From: Nitrospirota bacterium
GTDB lineage: Bacteria > Nitrospirota > Thermodesulfovibrionia > Thermodesulfovibrionales > SM23-35
DNA length: 64,000 bases
Assembly: GCA_040754395.1 (NCBI GenBank)
Contig: JBFMCL010000004.1
Location: 35,013 to 99,012 of the forward strand
Reading direction: 5' to 3'
This document shows, one piece after another, positions 37,345 to 46,236 of the stretch. The position numbers were made by a program, and so were the translations under genes. The notes beneath the pieces are model-generated. The model was not told the origin of the DNA. It searched no databases and was given only the letters and a program-made list of their open reading frames with translations. The stretch's first letter is position 1, and each line of letters opens with the position of its first letter.

Positions 37345-37494
37345 TGATTATAAGAGAGCATCAGCGTGCGTTTTGCCAGTAATCTACACGCTTTTCAGAA
37401 TCATGTCAATGAATTATCAACGTTTCATCATATAATTTGTGATTATTGACCACCGATTGTCCGAGTGATGATTATCTGTACGCTGCTATTCATG

Positions 37495-37923
37495 TTATAC
37501 TTTTTCCGAAGCCTTCTTGAGGTCAGAGAGAAAGGTTTTCGTCAGAGACCTCATTATTCCCACAGGAAGCAGAAATCCTGAAGCACTTGCAAGCAGTCCG
37601 GTAAACGTCTCCTTGCTCGTCACAAGGATTGCCTGTTCCTGTGTCTGGAAGAAGAATTCATGAAATGCAAAAAGGCCTTTCTTTTGCGCGGTCCAGACGA
37701 CCCGGTCATACTTCCTGATTTCTTCAATCCTGATCCTGACGTTGATCGGAAACCAGAAGGGACGGAAACAGCATTTGATATCATTGCCACCTATAAGACA
37801 TTCTGCCGCAGAATTCACATTCTGCAATACGGTATTCCAGTTCGTCCAGCAGGTCAGGTCTGTGAACGTATCCCATACTTTTTCCATAGGAGCATTGATC
37901 AATATCGTCTCTTTTATCATCAT
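37495..37923 (-). CDS. SRPBCC (START/polyketide cyclase-like) family protein
   Basis: Typical N-terminus ILINAPMEKVWDTFTDLTCWTNWN. 142 aa. Confidence 0.65.
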   Translation of the reverse strand: MMIKETILINAPMEKVWDTFTDLTCWTNWNTVLQNVNSAAECLIGGNDIKCCFRPFWFPINVRIRIEEIRKYDRVVWTAQKKGLFAFHEFFFQTQEQAILVTSKETFTGLLASASGFLLPVGIMRSLTKTFLSDLKKASEKV

Positions 37924-38005
37924 AGAAGTAACCAGATGAGCTCCTATATTGTAATTTTTTCCTTAACCTTATGGCTACCGGCTTTTCAGATTCCGGATTT
38001 TGCGC

Positions 38006-38034
38006 TTGCAACTATAAAGCATGCCTCTTAGAAT
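38006..38034 (+). promoter_or_regulatory. strong candidate promoter placing the transcription start 0-2 nt before the ybgA-like ATG
   Basis: TTGCAA-17 nt-TAGAAT, then 8 nt (AGTATAAA) to the ATG at 38043. No SD. Confidence 0.45.
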
Positions 38035-38042
38035 AGTATAAA

Positions 38043-38990
38043 ATGGAAAAAATCAGGATCGGCATCAGCTCTTGCCTGCTTGGAGAACATGTCCGTTACG
38101 ACGGTGGGCACAAACGTGACCGCTATATCACGGATACGCTCGGCAAATATTTCTTGTGGACTCCGGTCTGCCCTGAAGTGGAATACGGCCTTCCTGTCCC
38201 AAGGGAAGCGATGCATCTCACCGGAGACCCGCAGGACCCTCGTCTTGTAACAGTCCGGACAGGGACAGATCACACGGACGGAATGCATAAATGGTCAGAG
38301 GCAAAACTGAAACAACTCGAAAAGGAAGATCTCTGCGGGTTTATATTTAAAAGCAAGTCACCGAGTTCAGGAATAGGAGGAGTGACAGTATACTCGGAAA
38401 CCGGCACACCAGGCCGCAAGAGAGCCGGGATATTCGGGGGAGCATTTATCCGGAAATTTCCCCTTATCCCTGTAATTGACGACGGGCGCCTGCATGATCC
38501 GGGTCTCAGAGAGAATTTTATCGAAAAGGTCTTTGTCTACCAACGCTGGAAGGATTTTTTGCACAGCGGAAGCTCCATAAAAGATCTGGTTGCCTTTCAC
38601 ACAAAACACAAGCTTCTTATCATGTCCCACAGTCCAAAACACCTGAGTGCTCTGGGAAAACTCGCTGCAAGTGCAAAACACTATGAGCGGAAAGAACTTT
38701 TTCCCCGATATGTCAGTCTTCTCATGGAAAGCCTGCATCTTTTGGCCACGGTTAAGAAGAATACAAATGTCCTGCTGCATATTGCAGGCTATTTCAAAAA
38801 GGTACTTTCTCCGGATGAGAAAAAGGAACTGCTTGAGGTCATAGAGCACTATCATAAGGGGTTTGTTCCCCTGATAGTTCCTGTTGTGCTCATCAATCAT
38901 TTTGTCAGAAAGTTCAATGAACCCTACCTCACACAACAGCTTTATCTCAACCTACATCCTGTGGAACTGATGCTCAGAAACCATGTGTAA
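38043..38990 (+). CDS. ybgA: DUF523 (TudS-like) / DUF1722 fusion protein, YbgA family
   Basis: IGISSCLLGEHVRYDGGHK is the DUF523 part. The C-terminal HTKHKLLIMSHSP...LL is the DUF1722 part. Confidence 0.8.
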   Translation: MEKIRIGISSCLLGEHVRYDGGHKRDRYITDTLGKYFLWTPVCPEVEYGLPVPREAMHLTGDPQDPRLVTVRTGTDHTDGMHKWSEAKLKQLEKEDLCGFIFKSKSPSSGIGGVTVYSETGTPGRKRAGIFGGAFIRKFPLIPVIDDGRLHDPGLRENFIEKVFVYQRWKDFLHSGSSIKDLVAFHTKHKLLIMSHSPKHLSALGKLAASAKHYERKELFPRYVSLLMESLHLLATVKKNTNVLLHIAGYFKKVLSPDEKKELLEVIEHYHKGFVPLIVPVVLINHFVRKFNEPYLTQQLYLNLHPVELMLRNHV

Positions 38991-38993
38991 CTT

Positions 38994-39413
38994 TTGGAAT
39001 TTCCATCGGGCACAATGTACAAAAGACGGGTATATGATACGGCTTTTGGTATTCACGGATACATGGTTGGCACATTTCTTTTATTCTGGACAGGCGATCA
39101 AATGACACGCATATTTCCTCAGATGAATGAAACCCTTCTGTCTGTGGGAGAAACAGCCTTATATCTTTTTCTCTCTATTTCTCTCGTCGCTGTCCCTTCA
39201 GCACTTGTGATATCATTGTTGTATTGGAAAGACTGGAAGCTTCTTATGCCTGGGATATGTTTGCTTGTGCTGTCCTTAGTAATTCTGTCAGTTGACCAGT
39301 CAGGCTTGCATATTGCCGCAATTTTATACGCACTTACGGCAACTGCTGCTTCTTCCGAGTGGTTCATCATACGCCGTCAAAAAGATTATGTTTACACGGA
39401 CAAATCATCCTGA
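38994..39413 (+). CDS. hypothetical membrane protein
   Basis: Three hydrophobic segments. TTG start per the track, but the true start is uncertain. Confidence 0.35.
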   Translation: MEFPSGTMYKRRVYDTAFGIHGYMVGTFLLFWTGDQMTRIFPQMNETLLSVGETALYLFLSISLVAVPSALVISLLYWKDWKLLMPGICLLVLSLVILSVDQSGLHIAAILYALTATAASSEWFIIRRQKDYVYTDKSS

Positions 39414-39432
39414 AGAATAGGAAGCGTGAGAT

Positions 39433-40095
39433 ATGCTCTTCTTGAAATACTTGCATCTTGCATTATACCTGTGGCTTGCGATTGTCTTAAGCGGATGCAC
39501 ACATGCAAAGAACATAAAAGACACGGAGGAATTGAAGCAGATCAGTGCCATCGGAAACAGTTCGGTGGTTTTTGGAAGGATACAATGGATTGAAGCCGGT
39601 GACGAGAAGCGAATTGGCAAGGGGATATTCAGGATGTCCCTTACTCCCCATCTTGTAAGATTGGAGGACAAAGCCAGAACAGTAACTGAAGTCGGCGAAA
39701 ATGGCTTTTTCGTGTGGACTCTCCCTTCAGGCACATTTCTGATGAATAAAATAGCATATCGTGATCCTTGGTCAGGCAATTACTTATTCGTACCAAAGGT
39801 TGCCTTCACAGTCCCTGAAAATGGAAAAACCTACTATTTGGGAACATTAAAGGCCGAATTTTTTCCGAAAAGAGATGTAATAGGCGGGCTATCAGGATCG
39901 GTGAGATTCAGCACGTTTGATTCGGGAGAAACCGAGATTGCTGCTTTTCAGGAACATTTCGATGTGAAACACGAAAAGATCGAAAAATCCTTAATGGTAC
40001 ATGACTCCCGTCTGCCTCAAACATTTGAAACCACGTCAGAATTCGATCTTACGCTCAAGATAATCAATGCAGTGCTTTACGGACTGTCACCATGA
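39433..40095 (+). CDS. hypothetical lipoprotein
   Basis: Signal peptide with lipobox LSGC (LAIVLSGCTHAK). Confidence 0.5.
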   Translation: MLFLKYLHLALYLWLAIVLSGCTHAKNIKDTEELKQISAIGNSSVVFGRIQWIEAGDEKRIGKGIFRMSLTPHLVRLEDKARTVTEVGENGFFVWTLPSGTFLMNKIAYRDPWSGNYLFVPKVAFTVPENGKTYYLGTLKAEFFPKRDVIGGLSGSVRFSTFDSGETEIAAFQEHFDVKHEKIEKSLMVHDSRLPQTFETTSEFDLTLKIINAVLYGLSP

Positions 40096-40128
40096 GATTT
40101 GATACGCCTTGTTTTGAAAATGTCCGGA

Positions 40129-41190
40129 TCAGCCCTGTTTCAAAAACCTTTCGAATGGCTTCTTGTCGTTTGCCTTCACATATGCCTCTTCCGGAGATAC
40201 TACTTTCTGCATCATGAGTTCCATAATCGCCTGGTCAAGAAGCTGCATGCCATCTGCCTTTGCCATCTGTATCATGGAAGGTATCTGAAACGTCTTTCCC
40301 TCCCTGATAAGATTGGCAATCGCGACATTCACAAAAAGCAGTTCTATCGCGGCTATGCGCCCGGCCTTATCGGCTCTCTTCAGCAACTGCTGGGCAATAA
40401 CTCCTTTCATCGATTCCGAAAGCATAGTTCGTATCTGTGCCTGCTGTCCCGCAGGAAACGCATCGATGACCCGGTCAACGGTTTTTGAAGCTGAACTCGT
40501 ATGAAGAGTACCAAAGACGAGATGCCCTGTTTCAGCGGCAGTTATGGCAAGCTCAATCGTTTCCAGATCCCTCATCTCCCCGACGAGAATAACATCGGGG
40601 TCTTCCCTGAGCGCTGCGCGTAAGGCTGCCGCAAATGACCCCGTATGCGTGCTTACCTCCCGCTGGTTGACTAGACAACTTTTATTCTGATGGACGAATT
40701 CAATCGGATCTTCGATGGTCAGAATATGGTCTTTCCTGTTTCTGTTGATATAATCGATTATCGCAGCCAGAGTCGTGGATTTTCCGCTTCCCGTAGGTCC
40801 TGTCACAAGAACCAGCCCCCTGCTGAGATCTGCAAACCTCAGTACCTGCTTCGGAAGTCCAAGGTCTTCGACAGAAAGTATTGTGCTCGGGATTACCCTG
40901 AACACTGCACCAAAGCCCCTTTTCTGGAGAAAGAAATTTGCCCTGAACCTTGCAACAGATGGTATTTCATATGCAAAATCAAGGTCTTTCTCTTCAACGA
41001 ACCGCTTCTTCTGGTCTTCCGTAAGCAGATCGAAAAGCAATTCTCTCAAGATTTCATTTGTCAGAACCTGAAAATTGATCTCCTCAAGTTCCCCGTGTCT
41101 TCTTATGAGTGGTTTTGCACCTACACTCATATGCAGATCACTGGCATTTTTTTCGATCATATACTGGAAAAACCTGTCTATTTTTGCCAT
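40129..41190 (-). CDS. pilT: type IV pilus retraction ATPase PilT
   Basis: ASDLH, Walker A GPTGSGKSTT, the Asp box, Walker B ILVGEMRD and the His box. 353 aa. Confidence 0.9.
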   Translation of the reverse strand: MAKIDRFFQYMIEKNASDLHMSVGAKPLIRRHGELEEINFQVLTNEILRELLFDLLTEDQKKRFVEEKDLDFAYEIPSVARFRANFFLQKRGFGAVFRVIPSTILSVEDLGLPKQVLRFADLSRGLVLVTGPTGSGKSTTLAAIIDYINRNRKDHILTIEDPIEFVHQNKSCLVNQREVSTHTGSFAAALRAALREDPDVILVGEMRDLETIELAITAAETGHLVFGTLHTSSASKTVDRVIDAFPAGQQAQIRTMLSESMKGVIAQQLLKRADKAGRIAAIELLFVNVAIANLIREGKTFQIPSMIQMAKADGMQLLDQAIMELMMQKVVSPEEAYVKANDKKPFERFLKQG

Positions 41191-42269
41191 ATTCTGTGAC
41201 CGTTTATTATTTTCTTGATTTCACTGGGAGAATAATTACCTTCCAACCGTCTATTAAAAACATATCCAAGTTCATTACATGACCTGCACCCCGATCCCCT
41301 GCAGGAACTGCACACTTCAGGAACCGGCATGCTGACATAAATGCTCATGAACTCTTCCGGCGCAGAATCCGGGATATACACTGTTTTGTCAGTGATCAGA
41401 GCACTGTGCTCACTGTGCTTCATTGAGAAAAAAAGATATCCGTAAACAGGTCTTTGTGACTGGAAAAACCCGGGCAGACGATGTGCTCTCATATCTGAAA
41501 ATGTGAATTCCTCCGGAATGAACAAGCCAAAAGTCCCTATTACGGCGGGGAAACACACATTCTCATTCCTGTTCAACATGGGGAATACCGATAAAAACAT
41601 CGTTGTGTCATTCAAATGGACTTCATACAAAAAGCCTATCCCCAGGGATTCGAACGATTCGAATACCTGTTCACTGGTATACGACTCGCTCAGAACCTCC
41701 ATTTTTTTCAGAATTCCCAATCCGAATACATTTATCTCTGTATTGTTTTCGGTTGTGACAAAATCTATCCGGCAGAAAGAGGTTCCTTCCAGTCGCTCCA
41801 GAACTTTTTTAATACTGCTCATTAACGCAGGGATTCCTTTGCGCCTGAAAAACTCCATTAATATTTCTCTTATCTTCTCTCCGTTACCGGAGGAGAGCTT
41901 TATTTTTTTGCCAGAAAACTCCTCCATGGATTGAAAAACATCATTATTGAGAGGGTCATCCGTAGCAATCGCGATTTCATCATCAGTCTCATAAAGCGGC
42001 AATATTCTGTTTCTGGTAAGAAGTCCCTCGGAAAATCTGCTCATCAATTTCGTATCGAGAGCAATATTCTCGACTATCACGAACGGTATATCGAGTTGTT
42101 TGCTCAATACCCATTCAATATCATCACTGGTTATCTTTCCCAGCCTAATGAGCGTTTCCCCAATCCTGAGATTGAATTCTTTCTGGACCCGCAAGCCCTC
42201 TTCGAGGTCATCGCGCGTAATTTTTCCGTACTCTATCAGCAGTTCTCCGATACTCTTTTTCTTGAACAC
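41178..42269 (-). CDS. MshEN (T2SSE_N) domain protein related to PilB/GspE but lacking the ATPase P-loop
   Basis: Residues 6-29 and 35-58 fit the 24-residue MshEN motif, with a 5-residue spacer. There is no GxxxxGK[ST] anywhere. C-terminal CSSCRGSGCRSC. GTG start. 13-nt overlap with pilT. Confidence 0.75.
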   Translation of the reverse strand: MFKKKSIGELLIEYGKITRDDLEEGLRVQKEFNLRIGETLIRLGKITSDDIEWVLSKQLDIPFVIVENIALDTKLMSRFSEGLLTRNRILPLYETDDEIAIATDDPLNNDVFQSMEEFSGKKIKLSSGNGEKIREILMEFFRRKGIPALMSSIKKVLERLEGTSFCRIDFVTTENNTEINVFGLGILKKMEVLSESYTSEQVFESFESLGIGFLYEVHLNDTTMFLSVFPMLNRNENVCFPAVIGTFGLFIPEEFTFSDMRAHRLPGFFQSQRPVYGYLFFSMKHSEHSALITDKTVYIPDSAPEEFMSIYVSMPVPEVCSSCRGSGCRSCNELGYVFNRRLEGNYSPSEIKKIINGHRIWQK

Positions 42270-42302
42270 TGGGTTTTAACTCACTTACATTACTTTTATG
42301 TG

Positions 42303-42311
42303 ATTATAGCA
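42303..42311 (-). promoter_or_regulatory. extended -10 TGCTATAAT upstream of the MshEN-domain gene
   Basis: Minus strand reads TGCTATAAT, about 33 nt upstream of the GTG start. Confidence 0.35.
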
Positions 42312-42453
42312 AAACAAGCGGTTCTTTCTCCCGGCCTTTCTTCCTGCGTCCTGTGCAGATAATGCATTAATATGCATTTGACTTTTAAAAATTTATTATG
42401 TTTATATAGCTCACCGTTCCGTATCTGAAATGAATTCATAAGGAGGAAATTAT

Positions 42454-43347
42454 ATGCGCAAGTACGGATGTATCGCAGTAATAGTATTCCTGATGACCAT
42501 GTTTTTTCATGGTCAGACTGTGGCAAAGGAAAGTGATGTTGTTGCGAAAATCGGAGAGAAAAAAATTACCCTCGCTGACTTTGAGAGAATCCTTGGATAT
42601 GTTGACACAGACAGACAGAAACTCTTTGAACAGAATCCTCAGTTGAAAGAGACGCTCCTGAATCAGATTGTGCAGAGCACTGTCATCTCTGATCTTGCCA
42701 GAAAGAAAGGTTTTGATAATAGGGCTGATGTGAAGGAACAGCTAAAGATCGTTACCGATAATTTTCTCGCAAATGAATATCTGAAAAGAGAGATCGCCAA
42801 TAAGATAACTGTTTCCGAAAGTGAAATGAAATCGTATTATGAGGCCCATAAGGATGAGTTCAAAATACCGGAAATGGTAAAGGCGAGCCATATCCTGGTA
42901 AGACTGGATGCATCATCTCCTGAAGACGACAGGAAAAAAGCCAGAGAAAAAGCAGAGGATATTCTCAAAAAGATCAAGTCCGGAGAAGACTTTGCAAAAC
43001 TTGCCTCAGAAATGTCTGAAGACCCGGGCTCGAAGACAAAGGGAGGTGATTTGGGGTTTTTTCCGAGAGGAAGGATGATAAAGCCTTTCGAGGAGATTGC
43101 CTTCTCTATGAAGCCCGGAGAAACAAGTAATGTGGTAGAGACACAATTCGGATACCATATCATTAGGGTTGAGGAGAAGAAGGAAGCGTCAGTTGAACCC
43201 TTTGATGCGGCAAAAGAACGGATCAATCAGAAGCTTTCACAGGATCAGATAAAAACAAAAGTTGCTGAATTTATTGAAAATACCATGAAAGATGCGGCGG
43301 TGGAGATGCATCCGGAAATTCTCACCGGAGAGGGAATAAGCAAGTAA
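42454..43347 (+). CDS. parvulin-type peptidyl-prolyl cis-trans isomerase (SurA/PrsA-like), secreted
   Basis: Signal peptide. Parvulin motifs ASHILV, GGDLGFF and FGYHII. AAGGAGG SD. Confidence 0.85.
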   Translation: MRKYGCIAVIVFLMTMFFHGQTVAKESDVVAKIGEKKITLADFERILGYVDTDRQKLFEQNPQLKETLLNQIVQSTVISDLARKKGFDNRADVKEQLKIVTDNFLANEYLKREIANKITVSESEMKSYYEAHKDEFKIPEMVKASHILVRLDASSPEDDRKKAREKAEDILKKIKSGEDFAKLASEMSEDPGSKTKGGDLGFFPRGRMIKPFEEIAFSMKPGETSNVVETQFGYHIIRVEEKKEASVEPFDAAKERINQKLSQDQIKTKVAEFIENTMKDAAVEMHPEILTGEGISK

Positions 43348-43378
43348 TTGTATAGTATTTTTGCTGCTTCTCAAGGAA

Positions 43379-43414
43379 GAAATAGCCCTGTTACACGGCA
43401 CTCAGGGCTATTTC
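43379..43414. terminator. 11-bp perfect hairpin between the convergent PPIase and acyl-CoA dehydrogenase genes
   Basis: GAAATAGCCCT-14 nt-AGGGCTATTTC. The right arm overlaps the acd stop codon. Followed by a short T-rich tract on the plus strand. Confidence 0.45.
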
Positions 43415-44562
43415 TTTGCTGCCTCACGTATTAAAGCCTGTCCGATGACATTCCTCTGTATCTGATTAGTCCCTTCATATATCTGCAGGATTTTGGCGTC
43501 TCTCATCATCTTCTCCACAGGGTACTCTCGCATGTATCCGGAGCCGCCCATAACCTGTACAGCATTCGTAGTAACCTTCATTGCCATATCCGTTGCAAAT
43601 ACCTTTGACATTGCGGAGACCTTCGAGATTTCTTTTGCCCCGTTATCGATATATCGCGCAACCGCATATACCAGCGCCCGTGCTGCCTCAATCTCTGTGG
43701 CCATGTCTGCAAGCATATGCTGAACTGCCTGAAAGCTGATTATGGGATGTCCGAACTGTATCCGCTGCCGTGCAAACTTCACCGCCTCTTCAAAAGCACC
43801 CTGCGCTATGCCGACCCCCTGCGCCCCAACACCGGCTCTTGCATGGTCGAGTGTTCTCATGGCAATGACAAACCCGAGTCCTTCCTTCCCGATAAGGTTT
43901 TCTTTCGGAATCCTGCAATTGTCGAATATCAGTTCTCTGGTCGAAGAGGCGCGTATCCCCATTTTTTTCTCTTTCTTCCCGAAAGTAAATCCCGGGGTAT
44001 CTTTCTCAACAATAAACGCAGATGCTCCCCTGGCACCCTTGGCTTTGTCAGTTATGGCAATGAGCGTATAGATTTCAGCCTCTCCACCGTTGGTAATCCA
44101 CTGTTTCGTCCCATTCAGTACGTATTCATTTCCATCGGGCTTTGCGGTTGTCTGTATTCCTGCCGCATCGCTGCCAGCATTGGCCTCTGTCAGACCGAAG
44201 GCAACCAGCCTTTTCCCTGAAGCGATATCAGAAAGATATTTATTCTTCTGTTCATCGGATCCGAAAAACAGCACCGGATATGTGCCAAGTGCGTTAGCCG
44301 CATATGTTGTTGCAACTCCAAGACATGCCCTTGACAGTTCTTCAACCGCAAGACACAAATCAAGACTCCCCTTCCCCAATCCCCCGTATTCCTCGGGGAT
44401 AAAAAGCCCGAAAAGATCTGACTGGGCAAGCACCTTCATAATATCCCAGGGGAATTCCTCCTTCTCGTCAAGTTCCTCTCTGACAGGAACCACTTTTTCC
44501 TCCGCTATCTGTCGTGCAAGACCCCTTATTATTATCTGGTCTTCGGTCAAGAAGTAATCCAT
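43408..44562 (-). CDS. acyl-CoA dehydrogenase (butyryl-CoA dehydrogenase-like)
   Basis: ACAD motifs GLTEANAGSD, QWITNGG and YEGTNQIQ. Start moved to the ATG at 44562 (MDYFLTEDQ), which is 7 nt after a GGAGGA that lies within the longer track ORF. Confidence 0.9.
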   Translation of the reverse strand: MDYFLTEDQIIIRGLARQIAEEKVVPVREELDEKEEFPWDIMKVLAQSDLFGLFIPEEYGGLGKGSLDLCLAVEELSRACLGVATTYAANALGTYPVLFFGSDEQKNKYLSDIASGKRLVAFGLTEANAGSDAAGIQTTAKPDGNEYVLNGTKQWITNGGEAEIYTLIAITDKAKGARGASAFIVEKDTPGFTFGKKEKKMGIRASSTRELIFDNCRIPKENLIGKEGLGFVIAMRTLDHARAGVGAQGVGIAQGAFEEAVKFARQRIQFGHPIISFQAVQHMLADMATEIEAARALVYAVARYIDNGAKEISKVSAMSKVFATDMAMKVTTNAVQVMGGSGYMREYPVEKMMRDAKILQIYEGTNQIQRNVIGQALIREAAKK

Positions 44563-44636
44563 AAACATATCCTCCATTATCAGTATAAATTGAATTTCGT
44601 CTTATCGATTTCTCATCGTCATTGCATGAGAAAATA

Positions 44637-44645
44637 ATTCTACCA
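44637..44645 (-). promoter_or_regulatory. extended -10 TGGTAGAAT upstream of the acyl-CoA dehydrogenase gene
   Basis: Minus strand reads TGGTAGAAT. The leader contains a 7-bp hairpin (44610-44616 / 44626-44632). Confidence 0.35.
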
Positions 44646-44801
44646 AAAATGACGTAGTTTTTGCTGGAATCTCCCGGAATGAAAATACTTTGCCCGCTTC
44701 AAAGTACCATTTCTGACGGGTGTCCGCAATGATGACACAACAGGCAAGACGTATGTTATCTGATTACTGTCTCCTGTAACTGAATTTTGGGGGCTGTATC
44801 T

Positions 44802-45539
44802 CTATGTATGCGATTTCATGAGGAGAGAGAGGGCAGTTTCCAGGTATTCTTTTTCTTCTCCCTGGATGCCAAGCTCATCAAGGCTCAGGGAGAAATATTC
44901 CTTCGGCTCCTCTCTCCCTTTATTTTGAGACAGAGAATCAATGACATTTTGCATTGAATCCGGAATGCTCGTGAGTTTGATACCCACCCTGTAGGTTGTA
45001 GTATTGCCCTTTTTATCTCCCGGGCCGGCAATCAGCGTCGACCACACAATGTTTCCTTTGACAGGAAGTACCCTTCCCCCATGGTGCAGGTGAAACGTAT
45101 ATTCTCTGTTGATATCCAGTCTCCTGTCGGTTTCAAGAGATATGCCGCTCAGACTCATATCGAGTATTTTGATACAGTCAGCGATAGCCATTCTGCACAC
45201 AACATCCTGATTGCGTATTCTGATTCTTTCGTGCATCCTGTGTTCTTTTGACAGCGTGATTTCCCGATCGCTTGTGAATTCAAGACCATTCTTGTAACAG
45301 ATTTCGTCGTATTTATGACTCCATCGCACTACCGCAGGTATGTCTGTACCGATTGGGGTATTTTTTATGATGACACTTTGTCCGACTCTGAGTTGAGAAG
45401 CGGTTAAAAGACATAGTCCGAATTCATTTGCGTCCATAACAATACCATTGCAGGGTCTTTGTGAGCCAGGGGAAACAATGACATATTCTGTATTCTGGAA
45501 TGCCAGTTTCCGGTTCTTTCTTCTTTTTCCGTCTTCCAT
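44802..45539 (-). CDS. tandem PilZ domain protein
   Basis: Domain 1 has RRKNR and DANEFG (Ser replaced by Asn). Domain 2 has RIRIR and DMSLSG (intact). GGGGAG SD. Confidence 0.7.
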   Translation of the reverse strand: MEDGKRRKNRKLAFQNTEYVIVSPGSQRPCNGIVMDANEFGLCLLTASQLRVGQSVIIKNTPIGTDIPAVVRWSHKYDEICYKNGLEFTSDREITLSKEHRMHERIRIRNQDVVCRMAIADCIKILDMSLSGISLETDRRLDINREYTFHLHHGGRVLPVKGNIVWSTLIAGPGDKKGNTTTYRVGIKLTSIPDSMQNVIDSLSQNKGREEPKEYFSLSLDELGIQGEEKEYLETALSLLMKSHT

Positions 45540-45557
45540 AGAATTTTACTCCCCTGA

Positions 45558-45581
45558 TTCCTATTGTATTCCCAATAGGAA
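45558..45581. repeat. perfect 9-bp hairpin in the 5' region of the tandem-PilZ gene
   Basis: TTCCTATTG-6 nt-CAATAGGAA, 18 nt upstream of the ATG at 45539 (minus strand). Confidence 0.4.
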
Positions 45582-45582
45582 C

Positions 45583-45607
45583 AAAAAAAAATCCTACCGG
45601 GGTAGGA
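45583..45607 (-). terminator. Rho-independent terminator after the zinc-ribbon PilZ gene
   Basis: Minus strand reads TCCTACCCCGGTAGGA followed by T9. An A-run on the other side makes it potentially bidirectional. Confidence 0.6.
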
Positions 45608-45644
45608 AAAAATTGAATCTGGGAAAAATCTGGATGCCGGATAT

Positions 45645-46028
45645 TCAGAGATTCAGTCTCCCGTCGATTATCTTTAACCCTGTCATGGCTGTTGAGGTGA
45701 CAGGATCATTGTAGACCCACATGACCTCTGCCTTTATCGAAGAACTTTGCACGCTCAGGTTCATGATATCGCCAACAGGAAGAGCGAGTTGACCGAAAAT
45801 CCTTATACTGAACCCGCCGTCAGAAATATCAACCGTGTTTGCTTCAAGGAACTGTCCATTGTGGGAGAAAAGAAATGGTATCTCTTTCCTTATACGGTAG
45901 CCTTTTCTTTTCTCGGAACCGTGCTTCCCGCTGAAAATAATCCCGCAGAAGGGACATGGCTTGAAAGCCTCCACAGACGCAGTATATGCATCCTTTCTGC
46001 AACCCGGACATGTCAGCCGCAATATCAA
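45645..46028 (-). CDS. zinc-ribbon / PilZ domain protein
   Basis: CPGC...CPFC ribbon, then PilZ RKGYR and DISDGG. TTG start with GAGGT SD. Confidence 0.7.
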   Translation of the reverse strand: MILRLTCPGCRKDAYTASVEAFKPCPFCGIIFSGKHGSEKRKGYRIRKEIPFLFSHNGQFLEANTVDISDGGFSIRIFGQLALPVGDIMNLSVQSSSIKAEVMWVYNDPVTSTAMTGLKIIDGRLNL

Positions 46029-46236
46029 ATCATTTACCTCAAACCATGAATCTTTTGAATCTGTATTACCCCGCCAGCGGAATCCGCACGGGCAAAATCC
46101 CCGGAATATTTTATTTTCCTCAATTCCAGTAACTTGTACAAGAAATACTACAAAAGAAAGAATATTTCAATTACCCAAAAGAGTGAATTACTGTGATAAA
46201 AGTTTGAATAGTTATTAATACTTTTGTTTTAAAACC

